In this document: one piece after another, positions 1-8,360 of the stretch
Layout: each line of letters starts with the position of its first letter
Numbering within the stretch: position 1 is the first letter of the stretch
Assembly (NCBI GenBank): GCA_937864225.1
Contig: CALMJK010000005.1
Coordinates: 456,212 to 520,211 of the forward strand
Origin: an uncultured bacterium
GTDB lineage: Bacteria; Krumholzibacteriota; Krumholzibacteriia; LZORAL124-64-63
DNA length: 64,000 nt
Reading direction: 5' to 3'
The notes under the pieces: generated by a model
What the model was told of the DNA's origin: nothing
Database searches by the model: none
Seen by the model: only the letters and a program-made list of their open reading frames with translations
Made by a program: the position numbers and the translations under genes

Positions 1-852
1 GCCGCCGCCCGCTTGCGCGCTCTCTACGTGCAAGGCCCGCGCAGCGAACTGGAGACGGTCTTGCTGGCCCGCAGTTACACGGCGCTGGTCGCGCGTCTGA
101 AGTATGCCACGACCATGGCCCGTCTCGACCGCCAGCTGCTGGAGCGCACCCGCCAGCAAGGGTTGGCCGTCATGCAGCAGGAGCAGCAGTTGCGGGAAGC
201 GATGGCCGGAGTCTGGGAGGCGCGCGAGGAGGCCCGCAACGAGAGCGTGCGGCTGGTCGACATCGAAGCGGAAAGACGGAGCAGCCTGCTGGGCGTGCGC
301 CAGCAGAAGCGGGCCGCCCAGAGCAGCCTCGCCGAATTGGAGGCCAACGCCGGGCGCTTGACCGATCTGCTCGCCCAACTGGAGCAGCGACGCGTCGGTT
401 ACCGCGGGCCAGCGGAAGCATCGCCGCCGGACGCCGCGGGCGGCTTCGCGGCCATGGCGGGCTGGCTGGAGTGGCCCGTGGCCGGAGGCCTGATGAGACC
501 GTTCGGCCGTTCGGTGCACCCCGAATTCAAGACGGTCACAGTCCACAACGGCATCACCATCGCCGCGGTGCTGGGCGCGCCGATCAAGGCCGTCGCGGCA
601 GGCACGGTGGCCTTCGTCGATCGTTTGCCCGGCTACGGGCAGTGCGTTATCCTTGACCACGGCCAGGGGTACTACTCCCTGTACGCCCATGCCGCCAGCG
701 TCGCCGTCGCGCGCGGCGCAACGGTGGCCCGGGGGCAGGTCGTGGCCCAGGTCGGCGAACCGGAGGGCGGGGACAGACCCCAGCTCTATTTCGAGATCCG
801 CCAAGGGCGCGCGCCGGTCGATCCGCAGCTCTGGCTGCGCCCGCAACCCTGA
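1..852 (+). CDS. envC: Murein hydrolase activator EnvC-like protein, coiled coil plus M23 domain (5' truncated)
   Basis: Long coiled coil followed by WPVAG, HNGITI (HxxxD degenerate), YGQCVILDHG, YAH and LYFEIR (HxH degenerate), as in catalytically inactive EnvC. Confidence 0.8.
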   Translation, partial: AAARLRALYVQGPRSELETVLLARSYTALVARLKYATTMARLDRQLLERTRQQGLAVMQQEQQLREAMAGVWEAREEARNESVRLVDIEAERRSSLLGVRQQKRAAQSSLAELEANAGRLTDLLAQLEQRRVGYRGPAEASPPDAAGGFAAMAGWLEWPVAGGLMRPFGRSVHPEFKTVTVHNGITIAAVLGAPIKAVAAGTVAFVDRLPGYGQCVILDHGQGYYSLYAHAASVAVARGATVARGQVVAQVGEPEGGDRPQLYFEIRQGRAPVDPQLWLRPQP

Positions 853-869
853 ACCGACAGGAGCCTTCC

Positions 870-2045
870 TTGTCGCAGGCCGGATTCTGGGCGCGGCCGG
901 CCGTGCTCGCGCGTCTGCGGCAAGCGTTCGGCGGGGACGCGGCGGGACGGGCTTGGCTGTTGGTCGGACCCGAAGGGTCGGGCAAGGAGGGCACGGCGCT
1001 CGAGGCGGCGCGCCTGGCCAACTGTCCTCGCCCCAGCGCCTGCGAGGGCCCGCCGTTGTGCGAGAGCTGCCAGAAGGCCGTCACCTTCCAGCACCCCGAC
1101 ATCCGCTGGTTCGGCCCGGCGCCGGCTTCGCTGACGGAGGACGAGGCGCGGGCGGTGCTCCAAGCCAAGCGTCAGGACCCTTTCTTTCAGCCGCCGTTCG
1201 CGGCTTCCGCCGAGATCACCATCGGATCGCCGGAGGATCCCGGTCCGTTCACCGTGAGGGCCTTGTTGCGTTTTCTGCGCCTGCAACCCTTTCAGGGCCG
1301 TTTCAAGCTCGCGATTCTGGCCGGCGCTCACCGGCTGACCCCCGAGGCCGCCAACGCGCTGCTGAAGACCCTCGAAGAGCCGCCGCCCGCGGCCCTCATC
1401 TTTCTGCTCACTTCGAATCGGGCGGCCTTGCTGCCGACCATCGTTTCGCGGTGCCAGCTCGTGCGCTTCGACCCCTACGCCGAGGAGGAGTTGGTGGCGC
1501 TGCTGATCGCGCGCGGCCTCGACGCCGAGCAGGCGGCGGCGCTGGCGCGGACCGCGGACGGGAGCGTCCGCAAGGCGCTCGCGCTGTGCGAGCCGGCCGC
1601 GGCGGCGGTCCTGGCCTGGGCCGGCGACCTGATCGAACGGATCCACGCGGGCGGCGGGGCCGCGGCCCAGGTCGCGGCGGAGATGCTGCACAAGGGCACG
1701 GCGCCGGCCGCTGCCGACGGCCCGGAAGCGCTTCCGCCCGCCAGCGATCTGGCGGCCAAGCGCGAGCGCGCCATGCAGCTGTGCGAGATGCTCGTTCTGT
1801 ATTACAGTGAGCTGGTGTCTTGCCGCGAAAGGGGCGAGCTGTGGCGGCCGCGGGCCGGCCGGGCCCGCTCCCTGGCGGCGCTGGCGAAGCAGCGCTCGAG
1901 CCGTGGTTTGCTCGCCGACATCCAGCTCATCGAGCGCGCCAAGCGCGACATCGATCGCAACCTGAACATCGGCCTGACGATGGCCGTGCTCCTGCAGGGG
2001 CTGATAGACAATGCCCAACTCGACGGGGCCGGCGCCGGCCGCTGA
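870..2045 (+). CDS. holB: DNA polymerase III subunit delta'
   Basis: GPEGSGK, Cys zinc module (C..C..CESC), HPD, AANALLKTLEEPP, LLPTIVSRC. Confidence 0.92.
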   Translation: MSQAGFWARPAVLARLRQAFGGDAAGRAWLLVGPEGSGKEGTALEAARLANCPRPSACEGPPLCESCQKAVTFQHPDIRWFGPAPASLTEDEARAVLQAKRQDPFFQPPFAASAEITIGSPEDPGPFTVRALLRFLRLQPFQGRFKLAILAGAHRLTPEAANALLKTLEEPPPAALIFLLTSNRAALLPTIVSRCQLVRFDPYAEEELVALLIARGLDAEQAAALARTADGSVRKALALCEPAAAAVLAWAGDLIERIHAGGGAAAQVAAEMLHKGTAPAAADGPEALPPASDLAAKRERAMQLCEMLVLYYSELVSCRERGELWRPRAGRARSLAALAKQRSSRGLLADIQLIERAKRDIDRNLNIGLTMAVLLQGLIDNAQLDGAGAGR

Positions 2046-2970
2046 AGGACAGCGCAACCCGCGGCGTCGCCGCTCGGCGGGGCGCGACGCGGATTTCACG
2101 CCTCCCGAGGGCGAGAATCTCGTTCTGGTGCGCTTCAAGGGGCGGCGCAAGGGGTGCTACCACAACCGCCGCGGCGTGCCGGTGGCCAAGGGCGACTACT
2201 GCGTGGTCGAGGCCGATCGCGGCAAGGACCTCGGCCGGGCCGAGTACGTGGGGCCCGGCCGCCCGCATTGGTGGCGAGAGGCGCTCGAGCAGGGCGTCAT
2301 CGCCCTCGCCCGACCCGAGGATCTGGCCCGGCTGCACGACGGCCGCGCCGACGAGGGTCAGTTTCTCGACATCTGTCGCGAGAAGATCCACGCCCGCGCC
2401 CTGCCGATGGATCTGGTCGGCGTGGAGCGGCGTTTCGACCACAACAAGATCACGTTCTACTTCACGGCCGAACAGCGGGTCGATTTTCGCGATCTCGTGC
2501 GGGACCTGGCCGCCGTCTTCCGCACGCGCATCGAGCTGCGCCAGATCGGCGTGCGCGACGAGGCCAGGCTCAAGGGCGGCCTCGGCATCTGTGGTCGCGA
2601 GCTGTGCTGCAGCGGTTTTCTCGCGGACTTCGTGTCGGTGACCCTGAAGATGGCCAAGGATCAGCAGTTGCCGTTGAGTCCGAACAAGCTGTCCGGTCTG
2701 TGCGGGCGCCTGCGTTGCTGCCTGACCTATGAGCAGGAGGCGTACCGCGACGCGCTGGCGCGGTCGCCACGCGTGGGGGCCAGCGTGCGCGCGGGGGACC
2801 GCGACGGCGTGGTGCGCAAGATCGACCTCGTGCGCGAGACCGTGACGGTCCAATTCACGGACGGCGAAGAGGTCGCGGTGCTCTCGCCCGACCACCTGAC
2901 GTGGGACCGCGACCAGGGTCTGCCCGCGGCCCGGTCGCGCGGGCCAAGGCGTTGCAAGCGGCCCCGCTGA
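2011..2970 (+). CDS. ricT: PSP1-domain regulatory Fe-S protein RicT/YaaT
   Basis: FYFTAEQRVDFRDLV, RIELRQIGVRDEA, CGRELCC, CGRLRCCL; usual position after holB. Confidence 0.92.
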   Translation: MPNSTGPAPAAEGQRNPRRRRSAGRDADFTPPEGENLVLVRFKGRRKGCYHNRRGVPVAKGDYCVVEADRGKDLGRAEYVGPGRPHWWREALEQGVIALARPEDLARLHDGRADEGQFLDICREKIHARALPMDLVGVERRFDHNKITFYFTAEQRVDFRDLVRDLAAVFRTRIELRQIGVRDEARLKGGLGICGRELCCSGFLADFVSVTLKMAKDQQLPLSPNKLSGLCGRLRCCLTYEQEAYRDALARSPRVGASVRAGDRDGVVRKIDLVRETVTVQFTDGEEVAVLSPDHLTWDRDQGLPAARSRGPRRCKRPR

Positions 2971-2978
2971 GGCGCGGC

Positions 2979-3791
2979 GTGTTCGTCGACAGCCACATTC
3001 ACCTCGGTCGCGACGACTTCGCGCCGGACCGCGCCGAGACGATCGGGCGCGCGGTCGCCGCGGGCGTGGCCCGCTTCCTGGAGGTCGGCTACGACCTCGC
3101 CAGCAGCGAGCGGGCGGTGCAACTCGCCGCCGCCGAGCCGCGGTTCCAGGCCACGGTCGGCGTGCATCCCCACGATGCCGCGGGCTTGGCCTCTGCCGAC
3201 GGGCGGATCACGGCCGAGGGGGAGGCCGCGCTGGCGCGGCTGGCGGAGTTGGCCGCGCACCCGGCGGTGGCGGCCGTCGGCGAAATCGGGCTCGACTTCT
3301 TCCGCGACCTTTCGCCGCGTCCCGCCCAGGCGGCGGCGCTGCGGGCGCAACTCGCGCTCGCCGAGCGCCTGCGGCTGCCGGTCGTGCTGCACGTGCGCGA
3401 CGCTTACGCCCAGGCCATCGCCCTGCTCCAGGAAGCGGGCTTGCCGTCGCGCCGCGGCGTCTTCCACAGCTTCGCCGGCGACGCGGCGACGGCCCGCTGG
3501 GCGCTGGCCCATGGCTTTCGCCTGGGCATCGGCGGGCCGATCACGTACCGCGGCGGCCGGCTGGCCGACGTCGTGCGCGAAACCGGCGGCCACGGTCTGC
3601 TGTTGGAAACCGACGCGCCCTGGCTGCCGCCCCACCCTCACCGCGGCCGGCGCAACGAACCGGCTTGGCTGCCTTTGATCGCCGAGGCCGTGGCCGCGGC
3701 TTGCGGCGAGACCGTGGAAGAAGTGGCGCGCCGCACGACGGCGGGATACGCTGCCCTGTTCGCGGGCCCGGACGGCGCCTGCGACGCTTGA
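2979..3791 (+). CDS. tatD: TatD family DNase
   Basis: DSHIH, GVHPH, GEIGLD, LHVRDA, HSF, LLETDAPWL, RNEP; GTG start at 2979 chosen from the motif position. Confidence 0.93.
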   Translation: MFVDSHIHLGRDDFAPDRAETIGRAVAAGVARFLEVGYDLASSERAVQLAAAEPRFQATVGVHPHDAAGLASADGRITAEGEAALARLAELAAHPAVAAVGEIGLDFFRDLSPRPAQAAALRAQLALAERLRLPVVLHVRDAYAQAIALLQEAGLPSRRGVFHSFAGDAATARWALAHGFRLGIGGPITYRGGRLADVVRETGGHGLLLETDAPWLPPHPHRGRRNEPAWLPLIAEAVAAACGETVEEVARRTTAGYAALFAGPDGACDA

Positions 3792-3817
3792 CACGAATGG
3801 GACTGTTTTGGTACAAT
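3788..3817 (+). promoter_or_regulatory. Strong sigma70-type promoter upstream of the rsmA leader
   Basis: TTGACA (3788-3793), 18-nt spacer, extended -10 TGnTACAAT (3809-3817). Confidence 0.75.
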
Positions 3818-3823
3818 CTTTGC

Positions 3824-4015
3824 TAATACCGCTCCGTACCCACCTGGCTCGCTCTGGCGCGGAGGCAGATCCGCACATCCTTTCGCTATCGCGTTCCGGT
3901 GCCAATTCCGTCCAGACGTTTCGTACACCGCGGGTGGCCGCTGCGCCCGCGGGCGTGGAGCACGTCGAGGACACAGTGTTCACCCGCGTGGCCGGCGGGT
4001 GGGGGGCGCGGCGGT
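3824..4015 (+). ncRNA. Candidate structured 5' leader or small RNA of about 190 nt, family unassigned
   Basis: Follows a consensus promoter. Complementary segments: 3828-3833/4010-4015, 3839-3844/3998-4003, 3853-3857/3912-3916, 3929-3936/3981-3988. Confidence 0.35.
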
Positions 4016-4850
4016 GAAGGAAACCCAGTTGGACCTCTTGCGCGCCCACGGGATCCGCCCCGTCCGGCGGCGCGGACAAAATTTTCTCCTCGATGCCAAC
4101 CTGGCCCGGGCGATCGCGGCCGACGTCGTCGCCCTGGGACGGGACGTCCTGGAGCTGGGGGCGGGGGCGGGCGCGCTGACGCGGCCCTTGCTCGAGGCCG
4201 GCGCGGCGGTCACGGCCGTGGAAGTCGACCGCCGACTGTGCGCGGTGCTCAGGGAGCAATTGGGCGAGCGGCCGGGTTTCCGGCTTTGCGAGGCCGATCT
4301 GGCGCAACTCGACTGGGCGCGGGCGCTGGCCGAGTCCGGCCCGCGTCCGGTCGTGGCCGGCAACCTGCCGTACGTGCTCACGAGCACGGTCCTGTTCGCG
4401 CTGGCGGCGCAGCGCGAGCGGGTCGCGGGCGCGGTCCTGATGGTCCAGCGGGAGGTCGCGCAGCGTTTGACCGCCTCGCCCGGCGGCCGCGATTACGGCG
4501 TGCTGGCGGCGCTCCTAGGCGCGGCGTTCAGGTGCCGGGTGGTGCGGTCGGTGCCGCCGACGGTGTTCTGGCCACGCCCGGACGTGGATTCGGCCGTCGT
4601 GCGCCTGGTCCCGCTGGCGGCGAACTGGCCGGAGGCTGAATGGCGCCGCTATCAGGCGGCCGTGAAGGCTCTGTTCGGCCAGCGACGCAAGAAGACGGGC
4701 ACGCTCCTGCGGTCCCTCTGGGGACTGACGGCGGCGGAAGCGGCGGCGGTCGCGCAGGCGGCCGGCGTGACGCTGGACGCGCGGCCGGAGCAGCTGCCCA
4801 CGGCGCAACTGCGGGCCCTCGCGGCGCGGTTGCCGGAGGACGGCGCGTGA
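4014..4850 (+). CDS. rsmA: 16S rRNA adenine dimethyltransferase RsmA/KsgA
   Basis: GQNFL, LELGAGAGALT, EVDRRL, GNLPY, MVQREVA, FWPRPDVDS, FGQRRK. Confidence 0.95.
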   Translation: MKETQLDLLRAHGIRPVRRRGQNFLLDANLARAIAADVVALGRDVLELGAGAGALTRPLLEAGAAVTAVEVDRRLCAVLREQLGERPGFRLCEADLAQLDWARALAESGPRPVVAGNLPYVLTSTVLFALAAQRERVAGAVLMVQREVAQRLTASPGGRDYGVLAALLGAAFRCRVVRSVPPTVFWPRPDVDSAVVRLVPLAANWPEAEWRRYQAAVKALFGQRRKKTGTLLRSLWGLTAAEAAAVAQAAGVTLDARPEQLPTAQLRALAARLPEDGA

Positions 4851-6916
4851 GGCCCCGCACCGCGCTGGCGGCCGCCGCGGGCCTGATCGTGGCGATGGGG
4901 CTGGCGGCGCCGCTGCGGGCCCTGCCTGGGGCGCTGTTGCTGGCCGTCGCGGCCGGCGACTCCTCGCAGGAAAACGTCCTCGACCTGGGGGGGCTGGTGC
5001 AGCAGCAGCAGGGGGCCGTCGCCGACTCCAGCGTTGCCGGCGCGGACACGACGGCCGGGGGCGCGCCGAGCCTGCCGCTCATCTGGACGCGGTCGCCGGC
5101 GGCGAAGCTGAAGGCCGACGTCCGCACGCTGCTTTGGCAGGGCATGTTCGAGAACACGTTGATGCTGCGCGACGAGTCGGTCCTGGCTGCCAACGGACGG
5201 TGGTCGTCGGAGGATTACCGCCAGCAGGACAAGACGATCGAGACGCGCAGCGGCTCGCTGCGCTACGCCAACGCCGGAGATTCGCGCTTGGAGCTGGGCG
5301 CCGAGTTGAACAACGAGTGGACGGAGGACCGCACCGTGAACCTCACGGGCAGCGCCAACGTCAACAAGCGCGACTTCAAGCAGGCCCGCGTGACCATGGA
5401 CAGCCTGCAGGCCAGCACGGCCGGCTTCGACCACAGCCTGCGGCTGGAGGGGCGGTTCGCGGACCAACGAGGGGCCAGCCTGGGCGTGCGCAACGAGTTT
5501 CGCGAGGGAACGGTGTCCGGGCGCCTCGCCAGCCGCTGCGCCGTCGCGCCGGGGCTGACCTTGGTGGCGTCGCTCTACGGCGAGAAGACCAAGGGGGACC
5601 GCGTGCTCGGCGCGGAAGCGCAGTCCTCAGCTTCGGTCGGCGACACGCTCGGCACCTGGGTCGGCTGGAAACGCGGCGGTCTGACGGGCTCGTTCGACCT
5701 GCGCGCCTCGGCCTTCACCAAGGACTATCTCGATTTTCGGCGCAACGCCAACGGCGTCGTCGACACGCTGGGCGCTTTGGAGAAGATCGTGCAGGAACTC
5801 GAGAGTCAGGATGCCCTCAAGCTCGCTTGGCAGAGCGCGTTCGAGGCGGGTCGGCTGCGCCTGAGAGGCTCGGCGGCGCGCACGGCGCGCCGTCACAACT
5901 TCCGCGCCAGCGGCGTGGGCGAGCGCGAGGCCGAGGACAACACGCTCGATCTGAACACGGCGTGGAACGCGCCGTCCGACTCGCTCATGCTCGGTTACGG
6001 CTACGAATGGCGCTGGGACGACCAGACCTACAAGGACGCGACTTCCTCGCGCGGACGCCAGTACCGGAAGCGGCGCCGAGCCGACGTCGGCTGGACGCAT
6101 CGTCTCTTTCGCCACACGAGCCTGCGGACGGTGTGGCAGACGAGCCTGCAGCAGGAGATCGCGCAGAACCAGTTCAACGAGAACGATCGCGACCGCTACG
6201 AGTCGAATTTCTCGACGCGGCTCGAGACCGACTGGAACAAGCGCTTCCGGACCTCGATGATTTTCGCCTACCGCCACATCGAGGAGATCTCGATCCGGCG
6301 CACCCGTTCCGCCAACAACAACGCCAAGGACACCTACGAGATAGCTCCGGGCTACTACTGGCCCGTGGCGAGCTGGCTGAAGGTCCAGCAGGACTACCGG
6401 CTCTCCATCCAGTACACGGAGTACCTGTTCGCCGGCTACCCGGGCGTGAGCGGGCGCGATGCCTACAACAAGCGCGGCACGATCAACACGAAGGTCTCGC
6501 TGCGGCCCAGCTCGCGCCTGACCCTCACGGCCGGGCACGACTGGAACGTGCGCATCGACGCCACGAAGAGCGGCGTGAGCGCCGACGGCGACGCTCTCTA
6601 CAGCGGCGACCTCGACCAGCGCATCTCGACGCTGAATTTCGGCCTGACCTACGTCGTGTCCAAGGCCCTGACGCTGCATGGGGCGACCAAGCGCGCGAAG
6701 GACGAGAAGGAGACCTTCGGATCGCGGGGCTCGTTCCTGGATCGGCGCGGGCGCGAGCTGAGCGTGGGGGCCGTCGTCAAGCAGACCTGGCAGGGGCGTC
6801 TCGGCTCCGGCGATCTGTCGGGCAGGCTGAGCCGCAACCTCGCGCAGGGCCCGAACGTGCAGCCGGCCGCCGCGGACTACTGGGACGCCGACATCTCCTT
6901 CACCTGGAGGTTTTGA
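4847..6916 (+). CDS. Uncharacterised outer-membrane beta-barrel protein
   Basis: Signal-peptide-like N-terminus, many alternating amphipathic strands rich in aromatic residues, C-terminal ISFTWRF (BAM-type terminal Phe). GGAGGA RBS; GTGA overlap with the rsmA stop. Confidence 0.7.
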   Translation: MRPRTALAAAAGLIVAMGLAAPLRALPGALLLAVAAGDSSQENVLDLGGLVQQQQGAVADSSVAGADTTAGGAPSLPLIWTRSPAAKLKADVRTLLWQGMFENTLMLRDESVLAANGRWSSEDYRQQDKTIETRSGSLRYANAGDSRLELGAELNNEWTEDRTVNLTGSANVNKRDFKQARVTMDSLQASTAGFDHSLRLEGRFADQRGASLGVRNEFREGTVSGRLASRCAVAPGLTLVASLYGEKTKGDRVLGAEAQSSASVGDTLGTWVGWKRGGLTGSFDLRASAFTKDYLDFRRNANGVVDTLGALEKIVQELESQDALKLAWQSAFEAGRLRLRGSAARTARRHNFRASGVGEREAEDNTLDLNTAWNAPSDSLMLGYGYEWRWDDQTYKDATSSRGRQYRKRRRADVGWTHRLFRHTSLRTVWQTSLQQEIAQNQFNENDRDRYESNFSTRLETDWNKRFRTSMIFAYRHIEEISIRRTRSANNNAKDTYEIAPGYYWPVASWLKVQQDYRLSIQYTEYLFAGYPGVSGRDAYNKRGTINTKVSLRPSSRLTLTAGHDWNVRIDATKSGVSADGDALYSGDLDQRISTLNFGLTYVVSKALTLHGATKRAKDEKETFGSRGSFLDRRGRELSVGAVVKQTWQGRLGSGDLSGRLSRNLAQGPNVQPAAADYWDADISFTWRF

Positions 6917-7506
6917 TGCCGCGCGCGAGAGCAGGGGCGGCGACGCTGTTGCTTCTGGCGGTCGGACCGCTCGCGGGCGGCTGCCTGCTGGCGCCCCGCG
7001 AGGCCGAGCCGCCCGGCGGGAGCGTCATCGGCTATCTCCCGGACAGCGAGCCCGGCGCGGTGCTCGCGAACCTGGACAAGGCGCTGGCCGGCCAAGACGC
7101 CTCCGGCTACATCCAGCGCCTGGGGCCGGAGTTTCGCTACATCCCCGATTCGCAAACGTTGGCCGACTATCCGGCGACGGACTGGGAGAACTGGGACCGG
7201 GCGCGCGAGGAGGCGTTCATCACGTCCTTTCTCAACAGCGTCGACGCGGTCGAGTCGTCGCTCACGGAAGTCGTGCTCTTCGACGACTGGAGCGGCGCCA
7301 CGGCGGAATGGGAAATGGTCTATTCCCTGCAGGTGACGAGCCCCGGCGCGACGCAGCCGACGGCGTACCGGGGCCGGGCGTTCTTCAGGTTGGAGATCGT
7401 CGACACCTTCTGGCGGCTCGTGCAGTGGCGCGATGTGCAGGGGGAGGCCGACCCGGTCAGCGGGGCCACGCTCCAGACGATGGGCGCCCTGCGGGGCGCG
7501 TTCTGA
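6916..7506 (+). CDS. Lipoprotein, probable NTF2/SnoaL-like fold
   Basis: Lipobox LAGG-C; TGATG coupling to the barrel gene; GGAGG RBS; helix-to-beta pattern ending WRLVQWRD. Confidence 0.7.
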   Translation: MPRARAGAATLLLLAVGPLAGGCLLAPREAEPPGGSVIGYLPDSEPGAVLANLDKALAGQDASGYIQRLGPEFRYIPDSQTLADYPATDWENWDRAREEAFITSFLNSVDAVESSLTEVVLFDDWSGATAEWEMVYSLQVTSPGATQPTAYRGRAFFRLEIVDTFWRLVQWRDVQGEADPVSGATLQTMGALRGAF

Positions 7507-7533
7507 GCCGGACGGCCGTTTGGCGCGGGAGGG

Positions 7534-7562
7534 TGGTCAAAAGGGTCTTGATAGGCTATACT
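7534..7562 (+). promoter_or_regulatory. sigma70-type promoter for the second lipoprotein
   Basis: TGGTCA, 17 nt, TATACT within an AT-rich intergenic patch. Confidence 0.55.
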
Positions 7563-7652
7563 TGTACGGATTTCATCTTTCTTCGCTCGCCACCCGAGAC
7601 AACGCCCCGCGCCGGCGCGCGCGGGTCGCCGATATGACGTGGAGGTCAGACG

Positions 7653-8261
7653 ATGCGCAACCGAAACCTGCTGCTGGCCCTGTCCGTGGCCCTGATGTGC
7701 GCCGCTTCCGGCTGCATCTTCTCGCCGGACGACGACGGCGGCGGCGGCGGCACGACCGTCGTGCGCCCCTTCCCCGGCACCCCGGACCAGGTCATGGAGA
7801 ACTTCCGCACCGCCTACTCGACCCGCGACCTCGACTTCTACAACGAGGTGCTGCACGCCGACTACCGCTTCTACTTCACCCAGGAGGACGTCCTGAGCGG
7901 GGCGGTGCCGACCGAGTTCTGGGGCAAGGCCGAGGAAATGGAGGCGACCGAGAACATCTTCTCGGGCAACGCCTACCAGAGCCCGGACGGCGGCAGCGAG
8001 GCGGGCGTCTCCGCCATCACCTTCAGCCAACTCGATCAGACGGTGGATTGGCAGCCCGTGGGCCCCGAGGATCCGGACTTTCCCAGTACCCAATGGGCGT
8101 CGTTCACCGTGGCCATCGACTTCGAGCGGACCGGCGACACGACGATCCAGGTGCGCGGCCAACAGCTCTTCTGGGTCTCCTGCGACACGGTCGTCGTCGA
8201 CGGCCTCAGGAAGGCGTACTACCAGGTGCGGGGCCAGCGCGACTACACCAGCGTGAAGTGA
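7653..8261 (+). CDS. Lipoprotein, paralogue of 6916..7506
   Basis: MRNRNLLLALSVALMCAASG-C lipobox; GGAGG RBS; shared P..V..N...A....D...Y...L...(F/Y)R(Y/F)...W....E pattern. Confidence 0.75.
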   Translation: MRNRNLLLALSVALMCAASGCIFSPDDDGGGGGTTVVRPFPGTPDQVMENFRTAYSTRDLDFYNEVLHADYRFYFTQEDVLSGAVPTEFWGKAEEMEATENIFSGNAYQSPDGGSEAGVSAITFSQLDQTVDWQPVGPEDPDFPSTQWASFTVAIDFERTGDTTIQVRGQQLFWVSCDTVVVDGLRKAYYQVRGQRDYTSVK

Positions 8262-8285
8262 GCGCCTGATCCCGAGAGCGGACGC

Positions 8286-8322
8286 GCGCAGCGGGGGGCC
8301 GGCAGGTCCCCCGCGCGCTTTT
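8286..8322 (+). terminator. Intrinsic terminator
   Basis: GCGGGGGGCC-GGCA-GGTCCCCCGC stem extended by GCGC pairs and followed by TTTT. Confidence 0.65.
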
Positions 8323-8360
8323 GCTGGTCCCGCACCGGCGCGCGCGCTTATGGTGGCCAG

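Noticed and set aside
3824..4015. 6S RNA assignment for the rsmA leader
   Set aside because: Length and end-pairing fit, but the interior looks branched rather than rod-like with a central bubble, and the 3' end overlaps the rsmA start.
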